Shown here piece after piece: positions 8,079 through 15,302 of a DNA stretch of 20,000 bases. The DNA is from an uncultured virus (IMG/VR IMGVR_UViG_3300021085_002396) (taxonomy: Duplodnaviria > Heunggongvirae > Uroviricota > Caudoviricetes), in the IMG/VR virus record IMGVR_UViG_3300021085_002396. One strand, given 5' to 3'. The notes beneath the pieces are model-generated. The model ran no database searches. It was given only the letters and a program-made list of their open reading frames with translations, and was not told where the DNA came from. The number at the start of each line of letters is the position of its first letter. Position 1 is the first letter of the stretch. The position numbers were made by a program, and so were the translations under genes.

Positions 8079-8874
8079 TTGTAAACCATCTAAATTTTTG
8101 AATATTACTTTTAATATATGTTAATTGATCTTCATTAACTTCATAGTTAATTAATTCAAATAACTTCTGAGATTCTTTATCCCATAGTCCTTGATCTTTA
8201 TAGATTATTTCTTTTATTCCATGTACTACAGGATTAGATGTATCTAAAGAGTATATCCAATCATAGTTAGATTCTCTATATAACATAAACTCTTGAGGTA
8301 AACCACATCCTAATAAATGATGAGGCTTATCTTTATTAATAACATCGTTTTTAACTAAATCTCCAAGTAGCTTTGCACGTCCTAGCATCCAACTAACGTA
8401 CTTGTTAGGATGCGGACAAACCTCTTCATAATACGAATAATCAAAAGATATAGCAATCATATCTACAGGAGCTACTTTATCCATATAGTCGTAACAGCTA
8501 GCTATTGATTCATATGTTTTACCTTGTACTACTCCAATTGCTTTTCCCGGTAGACTATCTTTAGGATACTTTTCAAAAAACTTATGAGCTTGATCACAAG
8601 TCTTAAAACATTGCTCTAAAGCATCTGGAACTATATACCAAGTGGGTTTTAGTTCTTTTATCCAGTATGCAAATCTATCAGCATCGAATGCTTCTTCTAA
8701 TTCAAATATAGAATTATCTAAAATTACTTCTCTACCGTTTGCTAATGCATCTTTAAAGTGTTGAAGGTACTCTTCGTCTTCTTCAAATAAATGTACTAAA
8801 GCATAATCGTAGTCTGTAAATTTCTGTACAGTACTAAAAATACTCTTTGGTGATTCGTGTGCTATCTTAATCAA
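8047..8874 (-). CDS. dpdA: TGT-fold transglycosylase, DpdA-like
   Basis: TGT/DpdA-type motifs ILDNSIFE (cf. DSGGF), IVPD, GVVQG, HHLLG and SLDTSNP (cf. DS/DC). It lacks the TGT zinc-binding C-terminus and sits inside the que cluster. Confidence 0.75.
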   Translation of the reverse strand: MIKIAHESPKSIFSTVQKFTDYDYALVHLFEEDEEYLQHFKDALANGREVILDNSIFELEEAFDADRFAYWIKELKPTWYIVPDALEQCFKTCDQAHKFFEKYPKDSLPGKAIGVVQGKTYESIASCYDYMDKVAPVDMIAISFDYSYYEEVCPHPNKYVSWMLGRAKLLGDLVKNDVINKDKPHHLLGCGLPQEFMLYRESNYDWIYSLDTSNPVVHGIKEIIYKDQGLWDKESQKLFELINYEVNEDQLTYIKSNIQKFRWFTNGQQNVDNVL

Positions 8875-9049
8875 TATCTAAATCTTTAAATGCGTTATTT
8901 AAATCCATAGTAGATTTTTTTATTGTATCTACTACCTGTTCAAGTGACTTATTACTTGCATAAGCCTCTGCTAGAGCTTTCACTGCTATATCGTAAGGTA
9001 CATATAAAGTACCTTCTACTTCTTTTTTATGTTCGTCTAAGTTAATCAT
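8867..9049 (-). CDS. Small hypothetical protein (60 aa)
   Basis: Overlaps both neighbours by 8 nt, consistent with translational coupling. Confidence 0.65.
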   Translation of the reverse strand: MINLDEHKKEVEGTLYVPYDIAVKALAEAYASNKSLEQVVDTIKKSTMDLNNAFKDLDID

Positions 9050-9587
9050 TAAAAAATTGTTTAAGGTCGGGTCTAAAATAACTAAGGCTTTTCAATACTT
9101 TTCTATCTCTTGTTCTGTAGACAACGTACCGTCCTTCCGCAACCTTCTCAAAATGACAGGCCTCACCTTGCTCCTTAGCTCTTTGGCTGACACTCTGTAT
9201 GGCCTCTTCTTCAGTTTTGCAAGCTTTTGACATATTAGAAGCTTGTACTTCTTGATATGCTGGCCATATCTTATCTTTAAGGCCATGTAGCATAGTACCG
9301 TTCCCAAGGGAAACATAAGTAATGTCGCACAAAGCGTCCAAAACTTCCACAATGTCCCCTCTTTCGCAAGCTTCTCTATATTCTTCGAGTTCTTCGAGGA
9401 TAAAATCATAGACAAATTTCCACTCTTTGTATTCTGGGATGACTGGTTCATAGTTATTAGTTTTTCCGAATGTATTATTAAATGTTTCTACTTCATCTAC
9501 AAAAGGAACTCCGTTAGTCCATACTGGTAGCGGTTCCATGTCTTTCATCTCATTATCTGAGAATAATGTTAATTGGTTATCTTTCAT
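9042..9587 (-). CDS. MazG-like all-alpha NTP pyrophosphohydrolase
   Basis: ILEELEEY...EVLDALCDITYV metal motif, plus EVQASNMSK and KVLKS. Confidence 0.88.
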   Translation of the reverse strand: MKDNQLTLFSDNEMKDMEPLPVWTNGVPFVDEVETFNNTFGKTNNYEPVIPEYKEWKFVYDFILEELEEYREACERGDIVEVLDALCDITYVSLGNGTMLHGLKDKIWPAYQEVQASNMSKACKTEEEAIQSVSQRAKEQGEACHFEKVAEGRYVVYRTRDRKVLKSLSYFRPDLKQFFND

Positions 9588-9924
9588 AATCGTCTTCTAA
9601 TCTTACTATATCGTCTTCTCCGAAATAGCTTCCTGTTTGTGTTTCTATAAATTGTGATACTTCCATAGTATCGTTAAATGCTCTGTGTTTAGCTCCTTGA
9701 GGAATAACTATTGAATCCCCAGGATATAACTCATGTAAAACATCATCTAAAATAACTGATAATTTACCTTTTACACAAGCCCAAACTTCTGATCTTTTAT
9801 GATGGTATTGATAAGATAATCTACCGCCTGGTTTTACAGTTATAATTTTAACCTTAGTTGTATCAGTATCTAATAATACATCATAACAACCCCAAGGTCT
9901 TTCATCGTGTTCTAATGCTTGCAT
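9577..9924 (-). CDS. Cupin, type II phosphomannose isomerase C-terminal-like
   Basis: RPWG, LSYQYHHKRSEVW, IPQGAKHR and GSYFGEDDIVRLEDDY. Confidence 0.9.
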   Translation of the reverse strand: MQALEHDERPWGCYDVLLDTDTTKVKIITVKPGGRLSYQYHHKRSEVWACVKGKLSVILDDVLHELYPGDSIVIPQGAKHRAFNDTMEVSQFIETQTGSYFGEDDIVRLEDDYER

Positions 9925-10625
9925 ATACTTGCTAATTCTATATTTTTATAAAACTCTGCTTTAGCTGAGTCTTCATTTAGAAATGCTCCAGTTAATTTAG
10001 CTGTTTGCATAGAAGCTCCTCCATGCTTAACTCCTCTACATGATACACATGCATGAGTTGCATTTACTTGAACTGCTACTCCTAAATTACCTTCACATAT
10101 CTTATCTACAGCATTATGTATAGCTACAGTTAGCTGTTCTTGAATAGCTCCTCTTCTGCCGAATTGCTCTACTATTCTATTTAATTTAGATAGTCCTACT
10201 ACCTTACCATCTTCTGATGCTATATAAGCAATACTTACTGTACCTCTAATAGCTTGATGGTGATGAGAGCACATAGACGTTACAGGTATATTACTTTCCT
10301 GTACAATACCGTCATAACCGTCAGATGGAAATGCTGTAATACGATCTAGTGGAGCATATCTTCCAGCCCATAAATCGTTAACGTATGCTTTTGCTACTCT
10401 CATTGGAGTATCTGAAGAGTTAGGATCATCAGCATAATCACATCCTAAGGCAGTTAGAAAATCTGCATATGCTTTTGCTGCATTATCTATAATAACTTGC
10501 TTCTCTTCAGCATTTAACCTTGCTTCAGGTCCTTCTTTCTCCTGTTTCTTTGCTAATTGACTTGATATTCCGTTAGCAAAACCGGCTCGAACTAATTCTG
10601 TTCCTTCTATAAACTTTTTAGGCAT
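9912..10625 (-). CDS. folE: GTP cyclohydrolase I
   Basis: TPMRVAK, SMCSHHH, GLSKLNR, QEQLT and HACVSCRGV. Confidence 0.97.
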   Translation of the reverse strand: MPKKFIEGTELVRAGFANGISSQLAKKQEKEGPEARLNAEEKQVIIDNAAKAYADFLTALGCDYADDPNSSDTPMRVAKAYVNDLWAGRYAPLDRITAFPSDGYDGIVQESNIPVTSMCSHHHQAIRGTVSIAYIASEDGKVVGLSKLNRIVEQFGRRGAIQEQLTVAIHNAVDKICEGNLGVAVQVNATHACVSCRGVKHGGASMQTAKLTGAFLNEDSAKAEFYKNIELASICKH

Positions 10626-10634
10626 AATATAACT

Positions 10635-10662
10635 TCTGTTTTTATTGAGGTTCTACGACTCA
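10635..10662 (-). ncRNA. preQ1 class I riboswitch-like aptamer upstream of folE
   Basis: UGAG-UCGUAGAAC-CUCA-AUAAAAA-CAGA: P1 stem, loop beginning with U and ending in C, A-rich tail, and pseudoknot pairs G-C and U-A. It ends 9 nt before the folE AUG. Confidence 0.8.
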
Positions 10663-10670
10663 TTGTTAAT

Positions 10671-10701
10671 ACAATATAGTAATTTATTTTTAATTATCCA
10701 A
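10671..10701 (-). promoter_or_regulatory. Bacteroidota-type promoter upstream of the riboswitch and folE
   Basis: TTGG(10701-10698)-N19-TATATTGT(10678-10671). Confidence 0.72.
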
Positions 10702-11088
10702 ATAATCTTGGATGGATTTTGCGTTTTCATTTTCCCATGGGTATACAATCCATTCAGGTCCTACTTCTTCAACATAGTAATTAGGTTTAAATACTGATTG
10801 TTTTTTATAGTGTAGAGATGCATACATAGGTTTTGGACATTCATCATAATACTTTTTAAATGTTTTTCCTGTGTCAGCTATATCATCAATAACTAATAAG
10901 TGAGGATAATGATTACTAATGTTGTTAAAATACTCAACTCCAAATCTATGAGAATATAAGATAGCTATTATTGCTCCTCCTCTTGGAATACCTGTTACTA
11001 ATCTAGCTTTCCCTCCTACTTGTTCATGTAACTTATCTAAAAGTACATTTATATCGTCCCAAGTTAAATATACTTTCTCTACTCCCAT
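10690..11088 (-). CDS. Type I phosphoribosyltransferase, xanthine/guanine PRT-like
   Basis: GIPRGG, PRPP-binding LVIDDIADTGKT and C-terminal WIVYPWE as in Gpt. Confidence 0.88.
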   Translation of the reverse strand: MGVEKVYLTWDDINVLLDKLHEQVGGKARLVTGIPRGGAIIAILYSHRFGVEYFNNISNHYPHLLVIDDIADTGKTFKKYYDECPKPMYASLHYKKQSVFKPNYYVEEVGPEWIVYPWENENAKSIQDYLDN

Positions 11089-11142
11089 GTATGATTTGTT
11101 GTCCAGTAATTATCTGGTAATTCTATTGTTGCGATAACTGAG

Positions 11143-11457
11143 TTATCCGTTCCACTTTTCTCCAAAAAATTCATAATTTAATTTAACATATTTATCTGTG
11201 CCATCTTTTTCTATGGCTGTTTCTTCATCTTCGTAGATTGCATCTACTGGACATTCCGGAAGACAAGCACCACAGTCGATACATTCTTCAGGATTAATAT
11301 AGAGCATTTTATTAACTAGCTCTTCTTTACTCATATCTGCTACTTCAGCTCCTGCTCCATCTACTTTAATAGGACCATGTATACAATCTACTGGGCAAAC
11401 TGCTACACAAGCTGTATCACAGGTACTAACGCAAGGATGTCCAATTATATAACTCAT
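11143..11457 (-). CDS. Dicluster ferredoxin (FdxA-like)
   Basis: CVSTCDTACVAVCPVDC and CIDCGACLPECPVDAI; start overlaps the queE stop (TAATG). Confidence 0.93.
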   Translation of the reverse strand: MSYIIGHPCVSTCDTACVAVCPVDCIHGPIKVDGAGAEVADMSKEELVNKMLYINPEECIDCGACLPECPVDAIYEDEETAIEKDGTDKYVKLNYEFFGEKWNG

Positions 11458-12236
11458 TAGACTTCTCTTTGATCTTCAAATGCAATAATATGAGGTCTCC
11501 AGGTCATTCTATAACCATTATCTCTAACCCAATCAAATAATATAGGGTAAGATTTATATAAAGCTTCTCTACTATCTCCAGCAGGCATAAACCATACTTT
11601 ATCTTTTGGAGCATTTAGTGTTTCAATACATTCCATAATTTCATTTAGAGCATTATTATCTTTACCGTCCCAAACAGGTTTAATATGGTAATCAGAATGA
11701 TAGTCCATACTCTGTTTTATAGTATCGTATTTTAATCTAAATTTATTATGTTGTTTAATCATTCTTTCGTCTGTAGTCGCTCCTTGAGGCGTAGATACTC
11801 CCAGTACAGGAACACTATTGGAGAACTTAGGACTAATAGAAAGCAAATTAATAGGATAATCAGTGGGTAGAAAATGGCTTCCTTCAGTCTCGATAGTAAT
11901 AAAGATATTTCTTTCATTAGCAAAGTGTGTTAATTCGTTTACAAGTTTTTTATGCATAGTAGGTGAACCTCCAGTTAACATCATTTCTGATATTTGAGGA
12001 TTCTTATCGTACATTTCTATAATATCGTTAAACGAATATTGACCTTTTTCTGGATGAATACTTGTATACCAAGAATCACACCAACCGCCTTCACCAAAAT
12101 AACATCTGTGAGTACATCCTGTAGTCCTAATTACTACCGTTGGGTATCCTGCTCTTGAGCCTTCTGATTGGACTGCAGTATATATTTCTACAATCGGTAA
12201 GTTTTTATCATAATCTTCTATTCTACCTAGGGACAT
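11457..12236 (-). CDS. queE: 7-carboxy-7-deazaguanine synthase (radical SAM)
   Basis: EIYTAVQSEG, GYPTVVIRTTGC, WCDS, TGGSP, IETEG and SISPK; the cluster motif is CX3CX7C. Confidence 0.93.
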   Translation of the reverse strand: MSLGRIEDYDKNLPIVEIYTAVQSEGSRAGYPTVVIRTTGCTHRCYFGEGGWCDSWYTSIHPEKGQYSFNDIIEMYDKNPQISEMMLTGGSPTMHKKLVNELTHFANERNIFITIETEGSHFLPTDYPINLLSISPKFSNSVPVLGVSTPQGATTDERMIKQHNKFRLKYDTIKQSMDYHSDYHIKPVWDGKDNNALNEIMECIETLNAPKDKVWFMPAGDSREALYKSYPILFDWVRDNGYRMTWRPHIIAFEDQREV

Positions 12237-12690
12237 ATAGTGCTGAGTTTTTACCGTGTTCTCTAAATTCTACTTTTATAACTTTTACTCTACCTTCAGT
12301 TTCCGTCTCTATGAACGGAGCTAGCTTTTCGTATATATATTGTGAGAACTTCTCTGCTCCTGTAGCAGGTACTACTCTAACCTGTGCTATACCCTTCTCA
12401 TCTAGCTTTAATGCTTCAGGTAAAAATGGATCGTCTTCTGCTATCAAGTATGTATGATCAAACATATAATCCATCCATGCTTTAGGTGATTTTCCGTCAA
12501 TTAAGGTTTTAGCTCTTTTCATTCCTCCAAAGTCCCAGACCCAATTACGATTATCTAATTCTCCTTCAAACCAGAGTTTAAATGATACTCCATAACCGTG
12601 AAGAAATCTACAGTGAGTTGTTTCGGCTTTCCATTGACGAAAGACGGTACTAAATCCATCGAATACTTTTGTTGATTGATATTTTGCCAT
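12223..12690 (-). CDS. queD: 6-carboxytetrahydropterin synthase (T-fold PTPS family)
   Basis: HCRFLHGY, WVWDFG, FDHTYL, GAEKF and EHGKNSA; adjacent to queE. Confidence 0.9.
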   Translation of the reverse strand: MAKYQSTKVFDGFSTVFRQWKAETTHCRFLHGYGVSFKLWFEGELDNRNWVWDFGGMKRAKTLIDGKSPKAWMDYMFDHTYLIAEDDPFLPEALKLDEKGIAQVRVVPATGAEKFSQYIYEKLAPFIETETEGRVKVIKVEFREHGKNSALYVPR

Positions 12691-12700
12691 AACTTATTTT

Positions 12701-12973
12701 TTATACTAATTCTTCGATTATACCTACTATTTCAGATAATATAAGAAGAATAGCTGAGGTTACCAAATTAAATGGTATAAAACAGTATCCTAGTATTCTA
12801 ATACCGGATTTAATAAACGATACAATCTGGTGCTTCTTTGCATCAGGGTAGTTAATCGATTCATCAGATGTAATTTTGTTTTGATGTATACGGTTCGCTA
12901 AGTATTGCTCTTCCGTCATTCTGCGAGACTCTACATCATAGAGATCATTCTCGACTTCCTTTAAGTCCATCAT
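12701..12973 (-). CDS. Small protein with a hydrophobic C-terminus (probable membrane protein)
   Basis: C-terminus IVSFIKSGIRILGYCFIPFNLVTSAILLILSEIVGII. Start reassigned to ATG 12973 because the GTG at 13003 lies inside the RNA aptamer. Confidence 0.7.
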   Translation of the reverse strand: MMDLKEVENDLYDVESRRMTEEQYLANRIHQNKITSDESINYPDAKKHQIVSFIKSGIRILGYCFIPFNLVTSAILLILSEIVGIIEELV

Positions 12974-12976
12974 TTT

Positions 12977-13004
12977 CGTGTTTTTTAAGTGGTGCTGTGA
13001 CACT
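12977..13004 (-). ncRNA. preQ1 class I riboswitch-like aptamer heading the membrane protein-queD-queE-fdx operon
   Basis: AGUG-UCACAGCAC-CACU-UAAAAAA-CACG has the same 4-9-4-7-4 layout as the folE copy, with compensatory changes. It ends 3 nt before the AUG. Confidence 0.78.
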
Positions 13005-13020
13005 GTCGTCTAATTATACT

Positions 13021-13051
13021 ATAATATAAGAAAGTTATTTCTAATTTCCAA
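13021..13051 (-). promoter_or_regulatory. Bacteroidota-type promoter upstream of the riboswitch and queD operon
   Basis: TTGG(13051-13048)-N19-TATATTAT(13028-13021). Confidence 0.72.
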
Positions 13052-13684
13052 CTAGATTATATAATTTTCTTCTAACCCATACCTCCAAAATCCAAATGCA
13101 TCTCCGGTAAGATTTAAATACCAATAAATATGTTTATCTATATATCTCTCAACCTTTAATAGCCTCCTCTTATATAGTATTCTACCTAGCATTCCATCTT
13201 CACCATATCTTGTATTATCTGGTATTTCTTTCCATGCTTCTTTTGCTATATCTGTTTTAATAACACATTTGCAGTCTGTAGGTGCTACTATATCGAAACC
13301 GTACATATTCTCCCATCTTTCCGCGTACCTCTTTCTAAAATCACATACTAACATTTTGCCGGGGATACTTTCGTTAGGTTTTCCATCAAATTCTTGTACC
13401 ATTCTATACGATACAGAGTCTGGTTGGAATTCTAATTCTTTCATTATATGATGTATACCTAAAGGGTGAATCCAATCATCATCATCCCACTGTACGCTGT
13501 AAGGCATAGTAGACATTTCATAAAGAAGTCTTCTTTTCTTACCTAAAGGCATTTCTTTTTGATCTGAAAGGTATATTATTTCTACTTTATCGCCAAAAGG
13601 TTCTGCTTGTCTTTTTAGCTCAGCTAATAGAGGATTAAAAACATGAGAACGAGAAACAGTTGTTGGAATCTGTATAGATAACAT
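13052..13684 (-). CDS. GT-A fold (family 2-like) glycosyltransferase
   Basis: LSIQIPT...R, LGKKR, DxD-type WDDDDW and GED. Confidence 0.85.
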   Translation of the reverse strand: MLSIQIPTTVSRSHVFNPLLAELKRQAEPFGDKVEIIYLSDQKEMPLGKKRRLLYEMSTMPYSVQWDDDDWIHPLGIHHIMKELEFQPDSVSYRMVQEFDGKPNESIPGKMLVCDFRKRYAERWENMYGFDIVAPTDCKCVIKTDIAKEAWKEIPDNTRYGEDGMLGRILYKRRLLKVERYIDKHIYWYLNLTGDAFGFWRYGLEENYII

Positions 13685-15291
13685 TAAAAGTCTAAGTTTG
13701 TAGTAGCAGTAAAACTTCCAGAGAATGTTAATGGTGAATTTTGACCGTACTTATTATGTAACATTTTAACTGAATCAGCCTGTAGTGAGTAACTACCGGA
13801 TAAATGTTCTGTAGGATTATAAATTACTTCACTAGCATTTGCAAAGACTACTTCTTGCATTTTAGCTGGTGTTAATCCTGGGGATGACTGTGCATATAGA
13901 GCTACTACACCGCATACTTGTGGAGCTGCCATTGATGTACCATTTAATATAGATTCCCAATACGCACCGTTATGAGTATAAGAACCTCTTGCGTATCCTG
14001 AGGTATTACTTACTGATGAAAGTATACGTGAACCGGGTGCATAAATGTTTACTCCAGGTCCGTGATTTGAAAAAGAAGCTCTTTTATCTATGTAGTTACT
14101 TCCAGATTGTACTTGATCTTCATCAATACATCCAACCATAAAAGCTTTATCAGAATAAGGTGATGAACCTCTAGAATAATATCTCCATTGAGTATTTTTA
14201 ATCAATGCTTGATTATTATAATCAGCTCCTGAAGGTACATCTATCTTATGATTACTATTTCCTGAAGCAATTATTACGTGGATGCCTTCTTCTACCATTT
14301 CTTCAATATCGGTATCTACAGAAGTTATTCTTACTGGGTGTTTCCATGTGCCTAACAAACCTATACTAGGCGCAAATTCGTTTAGCCCAAACGCTTTAAG
14401 TTCTCCTCCAAAGGAGTTTTGTATGACGGTAGAACTATATGACGTTCCTCTATAATTTACTGCGTATGCTGTAGAGCCTCCTGTAAATTTTGCAGAATAC
14501 CCCCAAGACATATTGACTACTGTCGGTCTTTTATACCCGGTAGCAGGGTCAATAGCCTTTTGTCTGTGGAATAATTTAATTGCATCTAATGCATAACTAT
14601 CATCTATTCCAGTAGCACCGTCACCAGAGCCTTCTAAACCTCTTATTTTTAAGGAGTATATTTTTGCATTCTTAGCCCATCCAAAGGTTTTTCCTGCTGC
14701 TATACCTGCACAATGAGTACCGTGACCATCATTATCTCTTTCATGGTTAGCATTTTGAGTAAATCCTGTATGAATAGAACCCCAATCTATAAATGTATAC
14801 CTGGATACTCCATGCTGATCTTCCCATTCTGGATGATCAGTTTGTACTCCGGAATCAACAATAACTACGTCTACTCCTTTTCCATCTAAAGTATAATTAT
14901 AAGTTTCATCTATAATTTCATTACCGTTATAGGTATTATCTTTAGTATTGCATCTTAATAGTCCCCAGTTTTTATCTCCTGAAGATAATGAAGGGCTTCT
15001 ATTATACGATCCGCTAATTATAGCTCCGTGTTCTTTTACTATATCATTTCTCTGTTCAGGTGGTATTTCAATATCTAAAACACTAGGATGTTCTAAGAGG
15101 TCATCTTTTTCAGCTTCTGTCAACCAGTAGTGTGTTTGGCGATAACTACCTAATCTCGGATTGGCTATTTCCACTTGCCTATTAGGTACATTATCTTTTT
15201 CTGTAATTTCTTTTAGATCTTCCCAAAATAAATCATAGTCTACTTCTTTATGAAGGATAATATTATATTCTCTCTCATTAAATTCTGGCAT
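13684..15291 (-). CDS. S8 subtilisin-like serine protease
   Basis: Catalytic triad in VVIVDSG, HGTHCAG and GTSMAAPQV; NMSWG; oxyanion ASGN; N-terminal propeptide-like region. Confidence 0.95.
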   Translation of the reverse strand: MPEFNEREYNIILHKEVDYDLFWEDLKEITEKDNVPNRQVEIANPRLGSYRQTHYWLTEAEKDDLLEHPSVLDIEIPPEQRNDIVKEHGAIISGSYNRSPSLSSGDKNWGLLRCNTKDNTYNGNEIIDETYNYTLDGKGVDVVIVDSGVQTDHPEWEDQHGVSRYTFIDWGSIHTGFTQNANHERDNDGHGTHCAGIAAGKTFGWAKNAKIYSLKIRGLEGSGDGATGIDDSYALDAIKLFHRQKAIDPATGYKRPTVVNMSWGYSAKFTGGSTAYAVNYRGTSYSSTVIQNSFGGELKAFGLNEFAPSIGLLGTWKHPVRITSVDTDIEEMVEEGIHVIIASGNSNHKIDVPSGADYNNQALIKNTQWRYYSRGSSPYSDKAFMVGCIDEDQVQSGSNYIDKRASFSNHGPGVNIYAPGSRILSSVSNTSGYARGSYTHNGAYWESILNGTSMAAPQVCGVVALYAQSSPGLTPAKMQEVVFANASEVIYNPTEHLSGSYSLQADSVKMLHNKYGQNSPLTFSGSFTATTNLDF

Positions 15292-15302
15292 ACAAATTTA
15301 TT

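Noticed and set aside
9092..9451. 119-aa alternative-frame ORF
   Set aside because: Fully nested in the well-supported MazG-like gene and has no recognisable motif.
11079..11174. 31-aa ORF (MNFLEKSGTDNSVIATIELPDNYWTTNHTWE) and two small hairpins between ferredoxin and PRT
   Set aside because: Short, overlaps both neighbours and has no motif; the hairpins lack a U-tract and do not match the preQ1 layout.
5708..12690. Ordinary bacterial queuosine (tRNA) operon
   Set aside because: No queA or queG/queH, and no canonical zinc-binding Tgt; the context is phage-like, with a DpdA-like protein and nucleotide-pool enzymes.
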